A stretch of DNA of 64,000 bases from Alphaproteobacteria bacterium. Its GTDB lineage: Bacteria; Pseudomonadota; Alphaproteobacteria; CAAHEQ01; UBA3637. Below the pieces are notes generated by a model. The model did not search any database. It saw only the letters and a program-made list of their open reading frames with translations, and was not told the origin of the DNA. Positions 1-7,668 of this stretch are shown in pieces. Both the position numbers and the translations under genes were made by a program. Numbering within the stretch: the first letter of the stretch is position 1; the number at the start of each line of letters is the position of its first letter. Where the stretch lies: contig JAFTEW010000042.1 in assembly GCA_017453485.1 (NCBI GenBank), positions 1,331-65,330 on the forward strand. The letters run 5' to 3'.

Positions 1-718
1 AAGTGGACTTATGTGATTTTACGTCTTTTCCCAATGTTTTACCGACCAACTGTATATCCCCTTCCACATCCAGGATATCATCGGTAATTTGGAACATCAA
101 TCCCAGAACTTTGGCATAGGCCTTTAATGCCGATAAAACAGTTTCATCCGAACCGGCCGCAATTGCCGGTGCGATACATGAAAATTCCAATAAAGCACCC
201 GTCTTACAGGTCTGCATATATTCAATTTCATCCAGATTCAACGTTTGTGTTTCGCCGATAATATCCAACATTTCGCCACGAATCATTTTTCCGCAACCAT
301 CGGCCAATGCCTGAACTAATTTTGACCGAATTTCGGCATTGTCCGATGTTTCCGGATCGGATAAAACCGCAAAGGATTTCGTCAATAACCCATCCCCTGC
401 CATGATAGCCGTTGCTTCATCAAATTGAACATGATTGGTCGGCTTACCCCGGCGCAATGTATCATTATCAATCGCCGGTAAATCATCATGAATCAATGAA
501 AAGGTATGCAACATTTCAATCGCCACACCGATGCGCAATGCCGTTTTTTGCGAAATTCCCAACAATTCCCCGATTGTCATAACCAAAAACGGACGCAAAG
601 CCTTCCCTGTTCCGATAACGGAATAACGCATGGCCTCCACAACCCGAGAATCACGCGTTTCCGGCACAACTAATATCCGTTCCAGTTCGGCATTGACTTG
701 TTGCCGAACTTCTTTCAT
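1..718 (-). CDS. ispA: farnesyl/geranyl diphosphate synthase (polyprenyl synthetase); N-terminal ~239 aa only, C-terminus lies beyond the left window edge
   Basis: Hand translation from ATG at 718..716 gives MKEVRQQVNAELERIL... It contains the first Asp-rich motif LIHDDLPAIDND and the second, FQITDDILD. The frame stays open to base 1. It lies directly downstream of xseB, the common xseB-ispA arrangement. It is absent from the ORF track because no stop codon lies inside the window. Confidence 0.85.
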   Translation of the reverse strand, partial: MKEVRQQVNAELERILVVPETRDSRVVEAMRYSVIGTGKALRPFLVMTIGELLGISQKTALRIGVAIEMLHTFSLIHDDLPAIDNDTLRRGKPTNHVQFDEATAIMAGDGLLTKSFAVLSDPETSDNAEIRSKLVQALADGCGKMIRGEMLDIIGETQTLNLDEIEYMQTCKTGALLEFSCIAPAIAAGSDETVLSALKAYAKVLGLMFQITDDILDVEGDIQLVGKTLGKDVKSHKST

Positions 719-719
719 T

Positions 720-968
720 CTATCCTGTAATGTCATGAGTAAAATCTTCCTTCCCCGAAATAGTGCCGTCTTTACCGATAACCAATTTATCAATCGTGGA
801 TTGGGCGGCCGCTAATTTATCGGCACAAAACCGCTTTAACCGAACACCGCGATCGTAAACGGCAACGGCTTCATCCAATTTTATTTTACCACTTTCCAGT
901 TGGCGAACAACCGTTTCCAACTCTTCCATAGCTTCCTCAAATGTCATCTGTTCTATTTCTTTTGGCAT
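720..968 (-). CDS. xseB: exodeoxyribonuclease VII small subunit
   Basis: 82-aa ORF. The sequence TFEEAMEELETVVRQLESGKIKLDEAVAVYDRGVRL is a typical XseB helical hairpin. It is followed by ispA. Confidence 0.85.
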   Translation of the reverse strand: MPKEIEQMTFEEAMEELETVVRQLESGKIKLDEAVAVYDRGVRLKRFCADKLAAAQSTIDKLVIGKDGTISGKEDFTHDITG

Positions 969-1384
969 TTTTTATGTCCTTTATGACAGCAATTTTCTGA
1001 ATGAGATTCGCAACATTCCCCCCGTTTATGATGGTGTCCGCAACAACAGTGGTGTTCGTGCACTTCTGCCATCACTTCTTTATGGCGTTTTTCTCGTTCA
1101 TCGGGGGTTTCCTTATGGTGGGTACGAGCTTTAATTTCCTGTTCCCGATCGGTTATACGCCGCATTAAATCCCAAATACCTTCCCGGGCGGAAAAAGCGG
1201 ATTGGACCTTAACAATATCGGTTTCCAAGGCCTCTATTTTATCCAATTCGGCCATGATTTTATCCTGTAATTCAAAAGCCTTTTTTGACAGGATTTGCAT
1301 TTCTTCCCACAGCAACTTTTTATTTTGGCTCTGTTCAACTAATTTCGTTAATTTTTGAATAGACTGATTTAAACTGTCCGACAT
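953..1384 (-). CDS. hypothetical coiled-coil protein with a His/Cys-rich C-terminal tail (putative metal-binding)
   Basis: 143-aa ORF that overlaps the xseB start by 16 nt. The N-terminal ~90 aa are heptad-like and charged. The tail is HEHHCCCGHHHKRGECCESHSENCCHKGHKKC. A GGAG-type RBS lies just upstream (aaaggagaacaag ATG). Confidence 0.6.
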   Translation of the reverse strand: MSDSLNQSIQKLTKLVEQSQNKKLLWEEMQILSKKAFELQDKIMAELDKIEALETDIVKVQSAFSAREGIWDLMRRITDREQEIKARTHHKETPDEREKRHKEVMAEVHEHHCCCGHHHKRGECCESHSENCCHKGHKKCQKK

Positions 1385-1517
1385 CTTGTTCTCCTTTATT
1401 CGGGTATCATACCAACCTTGTTCAAAAAATACAATCTTTTTTTATTTTCCGCCACAAAAAAGTTGATTTTTTGTTTTTTTAAGTTTACGATACCTTCAAA
1501 CAGGTTGAGGATAAAAA

Positions 1518-2852
1518 ATGAGAAAACTACTGATTTTAATTTGTTTGTTGGCAACCCCTGCTCTGGCGGAATTGGATCCATTTTCCGTTTATACCGCCAA
1601 GGCTCCGGACGGATGCATTGACACCCCGACAACCAAGGGAGAGTTGACTTTACCGGAGCTGGTCCAAATCGGTATTTGTAATAACCCGAAACTCAACCGC
1701 AGTTATATGTCTGTTAAGGCTTCCGAAGCCGCACTGGGTCAGGCCAAATCATCCTATCTGCCAACCGTGACGGGGACAGGTGCTATTCGGCAAAATCATG
1801 AAAAAGTCCAAGGAAACGGATCTCGTAATAATTACCCCGTATCCGGCAATATTGCTTTATCTTGGTTGGTTTATGATTTCGGCGGGCGTTCGGCCAAAAC
1901 AGAACAGATGCGTGCCTATTTAGACTCGGCCGAATTCACACACAATGCGAACTTGCACGATACGGTTTTGGAAATTAACCAGGCCTATTTTGATCTTCTG
2001 AGTGCCCAGGAAGTGTTAAAAAGTATGCAGGAAAGCGAAAAAACATTTAAAAAATCGTATGAAGAATCCAGAAAGCGGTTTGAACTGGGTCTTGTTTCTG
2101 CCAGTGATAAATTACTGGCCAAAACCAGTTATGAACAATCCCGTTTAAACGTGGTTCAGGCTGACAATACTTTAAAAAAAGCACAGGGAAATTTGGCGGT
2201 CTTATTAAACCTGTCGCCCGATACGGCCTTAAAGGTCACAACCCCACCGAAGGATCGGGATATCACCAAACTGGAAACGGATGAAACCGTTCAGGAGATG
2301 ATGGAAACGGCTTTGTCTTTACGTCCGGAACTTCAAAGTCAAAAAAGCCAAATGACAGCGGCCGAGCGGGAAATTGCTATTCTTGAAGCCGGTGATTTAC
2401 CTTCTATTTCTGCCAGTGCCAACGCCGGTTGGGGGGACAGTTGGAAAAAACATAATCCCTATACAGTGGATACATCCGTGGGGCTTTCTCTTTCCATCCC
2501 CTTATTTACGGGATTTGAAGATACCTATAATGCGGCTCGTGCCAAATATCAGTATCGCCAGGCGGCTCTGTCCGTTTTGGAGACACAAGATTCAGTTCGT
2601 AAAGATGTTTGGAACAGTTATCAGGATTATATGACGGCAACCGAGGCATATCGAATTAGTAAAACCATGCGGGAAAGTGCCAAGGAAAATGAACGGGTTG
2701 CCTTTGCTTCTTATCAAATCGGGAAAGGCAGTATTTTGGAATTATTGACGGCCGGTTCCCAACTGGCATCGGCTCGGCAACAGGTTATTGTTGCCTTTTA
2801 CAGCGTTTTGACAAGTAAAGCGAATTTATATCGCGCTATCGGGAGGTTTTAA
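1518..2852 (+). CDS. TolC-family outer membrane efflux protein
   Basis: 444 aa with signal peptide MRKLLILICLLATPALA. It shows the two-repeat TolC/OEP pattern (LTLPELVQIGICNNPKL..., ALSLRPELQSQ...). It is the first gene of a 4-5 gene efflux operon. Confidence 0.8.
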   Translation: MRKLLILICLLATPALAELDPFSVYTAKAPDGCIDTPTTKGELTLPELVQIGICNNPKLNRSYMSVKASEAALGQAKSSYLPTVTGTGAIRQNHEKVQGNGSRNNYPVSGNIALSWLVYDFGGRSAKTEQMRAYLDSAEFTHNANLHDTVLEINQAYFDLLSAQEVLKSMQESEKTFKKSYEESRKRFELGLVSASDKLLAKTSYEQSRLNVVQADNTLKKAQGNLAVLLNLSPDTALKVTTPPKDRDITKLETDETVQEMMETALSLRPELQSQKSQMTAAEREIAILEAGDLPSISASANAGWGDSWKKHNPYTVDTSVGLSLSIPLFTGFEDTYNAARAKYQYRQAALSVLETQDSVRKDVWNSYQDYMTATEAYRISKTMRESAKENERVAFASYQIGKGSILELLTAGSQLASARQQVIVAFYSVLTSKANLYRAIGRF

Positions 2853-2853
2853 A

Positions 2854-3978
2854 ATGGGCAAGAAAATTTGGATTACCGCGGGTATTTTAATCGTTTTGGG
2901 CGGATTGGGAACTTATTACTTTCATACTCGTGGCAATGATACATTAAAGTCGGATAATTTTGAAACGGTCGCCGTGGCCAAGGGGAATATTAAGCAAGTC
3001 GTTACGGCCACCGGGAAAATTCAACCCATCAACACCATTTCTGTCGGGACACAGGTTTCCGGCATTGTCGAAACCGTCTTGGCCGATTATAATGATGAGG
3101 TTGTAGAAGGACAATTGCTGGCCCAGTTGGATACTTCGGTTTTGGTGGAGAACAGAAATGATGCCAAAGCACGCTTGGATTTAGCCAATGCCAAACAGAA
3201 AATTGCCAAATTAAATTATGATCGAATTGAAAAATTATACAAGGACAAGTTAATCGCCAAGGCCTCATTAGAGGAAGCCGAAATTGATCTGGCAACGGCA
3301 GATGCCAATGTTTTAACGGCACAGGCCGACTTTAACAAAGCCGAACGAAATTACGGTTATGCCCAAATTACGTCCCCGGTTTCCGGCACTATTATTTCCA
3401 AGGAAATTGAACAGGGGCAGACGGTAGCTGCCAGCCTTCAAACACCGACTCTATTTACAGTAGCTGAAGATCTGTCCAAAATGCAGATTGAGGCCAATAT
3501 TGCCGAAGCCGATATCGGTTCAATCAAACCGGATATGCCGGTCACTTTTACGGTTGATGCTTATCCGGCCGATACTTTCCGGGGTGAAGTTCGCCAAATT
3601 CGTTTATCCCCGACGGAAGAATCAAACGTGGTCATGTATACCGTTGTGATTGAGGTTGACAATGAATCACGCAAATTGTTGCCCGGAATGACGGCATTTG
3701 TCAGCTTGGTAATCGAAGAACGGGATGACGTTTTGCGCATTCCGGCGACGGCGTTACAGTATAAACCGAATGCCTTGGTGCGCCAATTTATTCCCAAAGG
3801 GAAAATTGAATTAAAACCGACCGAAGCCATGGTTTATCGCTTTGATAAAAATCGTGTTGTTCCCGTCGTTTTTGAAAAGGGTCTGGCAGATACGTCTTGG
3901 GTGGAAGTTTTATCCGGTTTAAAAGAAGGGGATCGTGTTATCACGGAATATATCACCCGTGGGGGGCGCAAACGCTGA
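2854..3978 (+). CDS. HlyD/MacA-type periplasmic adaptor (membrane fusion protein)
   Basis: 374 aa with an N-terminal TM segment, a biotinyl-lipoyl-like motif (ISVGTQVSGIV... / ITSPVSGTII) and a coiled-coil hairpin between them. The stop overlaps the ATG of the next gene. Confidence 0.85.
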   Translation: MGKKIWITAGILIVLGGLGTYYFHTRGNDTLKSDNFETVAVAKGNIKQVVTATGKIQPINTISVGTQVSGIVETVLADYNDEVVEGQLLAQLDTSVLVENRNDAKARLDLANAKQKIAKLNYDRIEKLYKDKLIAKASLEEAEIDLATADANVLTAQADFNKAERNYGYAQITSPVSGTIISKEIEQGQTVAASLQTPTLFTVAEDLSKMQIEANIAEADIGSIKPDMPVTFTVDAYPADTFRGEVRQIRLSPTEESNVVMYTVVIEVDNESRKLLPGMTAFVSLVIEERDDVLRIPATALQYKPNALVRQFIPKGKIELKPTEAMVYRFDKNRVVPVVFEKGLADTSWVEVLSGLKEGDRVITEYITRGGRKR

Positions 3979-4709
3979 TGAGCGATTCAAAGACAAAACC
4001 CGTCATTGAAATTGAAGATGTCTGTAAGACCTATTATATGGCCGGCGGGATGAGTCAATCTGTTCTGAAACACGTATCCTTTTCGGTCAATCCCGGCGAA
4101 TTTGTCGCCATTATGGGACATTCCGGCTCCGGTAAATCAACTTTGATGAACATCTTGGGATGTTTGGACCGACCGACCAGCGGCGTTTATAAATTGGACG
4201 GAACAGCCGTTTCCGAAAAAAATGATGCCGAGTTGGCCCACATTCGCGGCCGGGAAATCGGCTTTGTGTTTCAAAATTTTAATTTGCTGATGAAACGAAC
4301 GATTGCGGATAATGTGTCTTTGCCCCTTATCTATCAGGGAGTTAATGAAAAAGACCGCTATGAACGGGCAATTCAAATGCTACATAAGGTCCAATTGGAC
4401 GGCTATCAAGACCGTCTGCCGACCCAAATTTCGGGGGGGATGCAACAACGGGTCGCGATTGCCCGGGCTCTGATCAATAATCCCAAAATCATATTTGCCG
4501 ATGAACCGACGGGTAATTTGGACAGTATTACCTCCGATGAAATTATGAATCTGTTCACCGATTTAAATAAGCAGGGCATTACCATCGTATTGGTCACCCA
4601 TGAAGACGATGTGGCCGATTATGCCAAACGCATGATTAAAATCGGAGACGGAAAAAAGGTGTATGATGGCCTGCGTTCGGCCTATACCGGGGAGGATAAA
4701 GAATGCTAG
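3978..4709 (+). CDS. ABC transporter ATP-binding protein (MacB/LolD-type)
   Basis: Walker [10 protein letters not shown], signature [15 protein letters not shown], Walker [10 protein letters not shown] chose the start at MSDSKTKPV (ATG 3978, overlapping the macA-like TGA) rather than the ORF-track start 3897, which lies inside the upstream gene. Confidence 0.9.
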   Translation: MSDSKTKPVIEIEDVCKTYYMAGGMSQSVLKHVSFSVNPGEFVAIMGHSGSGKSTLMNILGCLDRPTSGVYKLDGTAVSEKNDAELAHIRGREIGFVFQNFNLLMKRTIADNVSLPLIYQGVNEKDRYERAIQMLHKVQLDGYQDRLPTQISGGMQQRVAIARALINNPKIIFADEPTGNLDSITSDEIMNLFTDLNKQGITIVLVTHEDDVADYAKRMIKIGDGKKVYDGLRSAYTGEDKEC

Positions 4710-5920
4710 GTCAAATCTTACGCGAAGCCTGGATATCTATTACCGCCTATAAAATGCGGACATTTTTGACAATGCTCGGCATTATGATCGGTGTAGCAGC
4801 CGTTGTTTTGATGGTTGCAGCCGGTCAAACCGTTCAAAATGAAATTACAAAAACTTTTGATTCGATGGGCACAAACCTGATTATTATCGGCCCCGGTGAA
4901 ACCGTCAGTGGTGGTGTTCGCGGTGGGCGGGGACGTCCCAGCGTCAGTTTTGACGATGTGGAATCACTTCGGGAACTTAAAGATGTTGAAACATCCTCTT
5001 ACATCGTTAATACAGCCGTTCAGGCCGTTTACGGTTCCAATAACTATGGTGTCAGCGTTGCCGGCACAACACCGGAATACCTGAATATTGGAAACTGGGA
5101 AATCGATCAGGGTATCATGTTTACAGACCGGGATTTAAGATCCGGCAAACCCTATGCCGTTATCGGTCAGACCATTGTCAATGAATTGTTCGGATTACAG
5201 GATCCCATCGGGAAAACTCTGCGATTAAAAGGCAAGCCCTTTACCGTTATCGGCACTTTAAAAGAAAAAGGGGACGGCCTGATGGGGGATGATCAGGATA
5301 ACATTATTTTAATGCCGGCAACCACTTTACGTCAACGGTTAAAAGGGTCAAATCGTCCGCAATACAGTGATATAGCCTTTGTTAAAGTGACGGAAGAAAA
5401 CAAAATGGAATCCGTGGCCAATCGGATTGAATATCAACTGCGGGCACGGCATCGGCTAAAAGACGGAGTTCAAAATGACTTTACCGTTCGCCTCATGACG
5501 GATATGGTTGAAAAAGTGCGGAGCGTCGGTTTTTACCTGTCACTATTACTGGCTGCCATCGCATCTATTTCATTGGTTGTCGGCAGTATCGGTATCATGA
5601 ATATGATGTTGGTTTCCGTGACCGAGCGCACCCGTGAAATCGGAACCCGAAAAGCCCTGGGAGCGCCTAATCGCTGGATTATGTTTCAATTTTTGGCTGA
5701 ATCCATTCTAATTTCCTTCATCGGCAGTTTTGTAGGCATGATTATCGGGGTTGTTCTATCCCAAATCGGCGGACAGATTTTGGATAAGGAAGTGCCGATT
5801 TCCGTCTGGTCGGTTGTAATTTCCATTTCCGTAGCCGTCGTTGTCGGGGTAGTTTCCGGTTTAATGCCGGCGATTAAAGCCATGAAACTGGATCCCATAG
5901 AAGCATTAAGGTATCAATAA
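4703..5920 (+). CDS. ABC transporter permease, MacB/FtsX family
   Basis: 405 aa with an N-terminal TM, a large periplasmic domain and a C-terminal FtsX-like 3-TM bundle (TERTREIGTRKALGA motif). The ATG overlaps the upstream TAG. Confidence 0.85.
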   Translation: MLGQILREAWISITAYKMRTFLTMLGIMIGVAAVVLMVAAGQTVQNEITKTFDSMGTNLIIIGPGETVSGGVRGGRGRPSVSFDDVESLRELKDVETSSYIVNTAVQAVYGSNNYGVSVAGTTPEYLNIGNWEIDQGIMFTDRDLRSGKPYAVIGQTIVNELFGLQDPIGKTLRLKGKPFTVIGTLKEKGDGLMGDDQDNIILMPATTLRQRLKGSNRPQYSDIAFVKVTEENKMESVANRIEYQLRARHRLKDGVQNDFTVRLMTDMVEKVRSVGFYLSLLLAAIASISLVVGSIGIMNMMLVSVTERTREIGTRKALGAPNRWIMFQFLAESILISFIGSFVGMIIGVVLSQIGGQILDKEVPISVWSVVISISVAVVVGVVSGLMPAIKAMKLDPIEALRYQ

Positions 5921-5933
5921 AAGGAGTGTCATT

Positions 5934-6794
5934 ATGTCACCAAAGATAAACCAATTTTTTCGAACATTAAAGCGTATTTTAAAAATTAAAGAAAAACAGG
6001 TTCCTGAAAATCAGGATGATTTAGGGGCTTATCCGTTGCGAATGCAGATCGGAGCCATTCCGGAAAGACGATATTTACGGACGGCCCGGCTATTGGCTGT
6101 CATGGCTTTTTTAAACTTAGCAGCCCTTATTGGCCTGGCCGGCTGGTTTGCCTACAATGCCGTCCGGATTGACGTATCCATCGCCAACCGCCGCGCCATC
6201 AATCTGTATGCCATTGATCCCGAATATAAAGTCATTCGTTCAGCCGAAGCCAATGAAACCAGTATTCCGGCGCTGTCTTTGGTCATGGAAAAGGCTATCC
6301 GAAATTATATTACGGCCCGATACAGTATCAATCTGGATCCGCAAAAGCAAGAAAAGAACTGGGGGCCTCAAAGTGTGGTTGCCCTTTATACCGAGCCGGA
6401 AAAATTAAAACAGTTTAATGAAAATGAGGTCGGTGGTTTATTGGCATCGGCTCGCCGAAAGGGAGCCAATAAAGAGGTTCACATTTACTCTCTCCGGCAA
6501 ACACCGGCCGGTTTGTGGGAAGCCCTGATTGATGTATTCGACATGTTGCCGCGAGATTCTTTTGATCCGATTTGTGATTGTTTTGATAACTCTCCGGAAT
6601 GTATTACCTGTAAGGAAGAAAACGGTTTGGGTCAGCAACGGTTTCGGGTTTTTGTGCGGGCCGGCTTTTGGGGACAAGTCAGCCTCTTAAATCCGATGGG
6701 CATTCAGGTGGACGGTATTTATCTTATTCCGCAACAGATTCATCCGAATGATCAATTTTGGAATATACCACCTTTGTTGAAACCGACTTTGTAA
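5934..6794 (+). CDS. hypothetical bitopic membrane protein, VirB8/DotI-like (NTF2-like periplasmic domain) with a Cys-rich insertion
   Basis: 286 aa. PERRYLRTARLL is followed by one TM, then VMEKAIRNYITARYSI. This matches the VirB8 pattern (SERRAW-TM...YV..RE.Y). An extra CDCFDNSPECITCKEENG segment is present. It starts 13 nt after the permease stop. The family call is by eye only. Confidence 0.45.
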   Translation: MSPKINQFFRTLKRILKIKEKQVPENQDDLGAYPLRMQIGAIPERRYLRTARLLAVMAFLNLAALIGLAGWFAYNAVRIDVSIANRRAINLYAIDPEYKVIRSAEANETSIPALSLVMEKAIRNYITARYSINLDPQKQEKNWGPQSVVALYTEPEKLKQFNENEVGGLLASARRKGANKEVHIYSLRQTPAGLWEALIDVFDMLPRDSFDPICDCFDNSPECITCKEENGLGQQRFRVFVRAGFWGQVSLLNPMGIQVDGIYLIPQQIHPNDQFWNIPPLLKPTL

Positions 6795-6831
6795 AGACAA
6801 AACAACCCTTCATAAAAGTGCGAAAAAAGAC

Positions 6832-6860
6832 TTGACACCAACACGATTTTACGCTATAAG
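6832..6860 (+). promoter_or_regulatory. sigma70-like promoter for tRNA-Ser
   Basis: TTGACA (6832..6837), 17-nt spacer, TATAAG (6855..6860). It ends 16 nt before the tRNA 5' end. Confidence 0.5.
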
Positions 6861-6876
6861 AGTGATGCTTTATCTT

Positions 6877-6965
6877 GGGGCGTTGGCAGAGTGGTAATGC
6901 AGCGGATTGCTAATCCGTCATCCTGTTAAAGGGATGCAGAGGTTCGAGTCCTCTACGCCCCGCCA
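6877..6965 (+). tRNA. tRNA-Ser (anticodon GCU), CCA encoded
   Basis: Hand-folded. Acceptor GGGGCGT/ACGCCCC, anticodon stem GCGGA/TCCGT with loop TTGCTAA, long variable arm CATCC..GGATG, T-arm AGAGG-TTCGAGT-CCTCT, discriminator G plus CCA. Confidence 0.9.
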
Positions 6966-7045
6966 AGAAAAAACGTTGTCGGAGTGGCCTTTTATAGGCA
7001 GATAAGTGAACAAAATCGATATATAATTGTCAATAATGATTGTGA

Positions 7046-7666
7046 TTAAATTTGCGCAATCATTGCATTTTGCATCTGCATAAAACTGCTGATAACATTT
7101 TCATAATATACCGTGACGGATTTTGGCACTTTTAAAACAGTTGGTGTAAAATTCCAAATAAAACGCACCCCGCATTGAACAGCATAATCCGTCACTTCTT
7201 GGGCAACCTGTGGCGGAACGGTTAAAATAATGTTTTTCACGTTTACCCGAGAAATCAGGTTTGATAATTTATCCAAAGAAATAATTTTTTGACCCCCTAT
7301 TTCCTGCCCTATTTTATGGGAATCATTATCAAACAAGGCCAGGATATCTATGCCATAATCCTTAAAATCGGCATAGTTCACCAAAGCCGTCCCCAAACGA
7401 CCGGCACCGATAATAAAGACCTTTTTCCTTTCAGAAAATCCGAGTTTATTTTCAATGCTTTTTTTTAAATCCAAAACCAGATAGCCTTGTTTTTTATGCC
7501 CAAGGACCCCGCATAATGCGATGTCCTTGCGCACCAAAGAATCATCCAAATCAAGTAAAGCCGCAATTTCAGAACTTGAAATAAAGGGGCGATCCACAAC
7601 TGTATATTTCAACAAACAATGATACAGTGTCAACCTGTTGATCACCTTGTTTGAAACGTCCGGCAT
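7046..7666 (-). CDS. rex: redox-sensing transcriptional repressor Rex
   Basis: 206 aa with an N-terminal winged helix (RLTLYHCLL...SSSEIAALLDLDDSLVRKD) plus a Rossmann motif IIGAGRLGTAL. It starts 3 nt after the adhE stop. Confidence 0.85.
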   Translation of the reverse strand: MPDVSNKVINRLTLYHCLLKYTVVDRPFISSSEIAALLDLDDSLVRKDIALCGVLGHKKQGYLVLDLKKSIENKLGFSERKKVFIIGAGRLGTALVNYADFKDYGIDILALFDNDSHKIGQEIGGQKIISLDKLSNLISRVNVKNIILTVPPQVAQEVTDYAVQCGVRFIWNFTPTVLKVPKSVTVYYENVISSFMQMQNAMIAQI

Positions 7667-7668
7667 TC

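Noticed and set aside
3897-3977. The ORF track gives N-terminal extensions for several genes. Examples are 3897 for the ABC ATPase, 12751 for trmD, 16903 for rpsB, 25216 and 31029 for the MORN-type genes, 51542 for SIMPL and 17715 for the rpsB-tsf insert.
   Set aside because: The extensions lie inside upstream genes or upstream of the mapped promoters. They also lack an RBS. In each case an internal Met with an SD or a coupling overlap gives the canonical family N-terminus.
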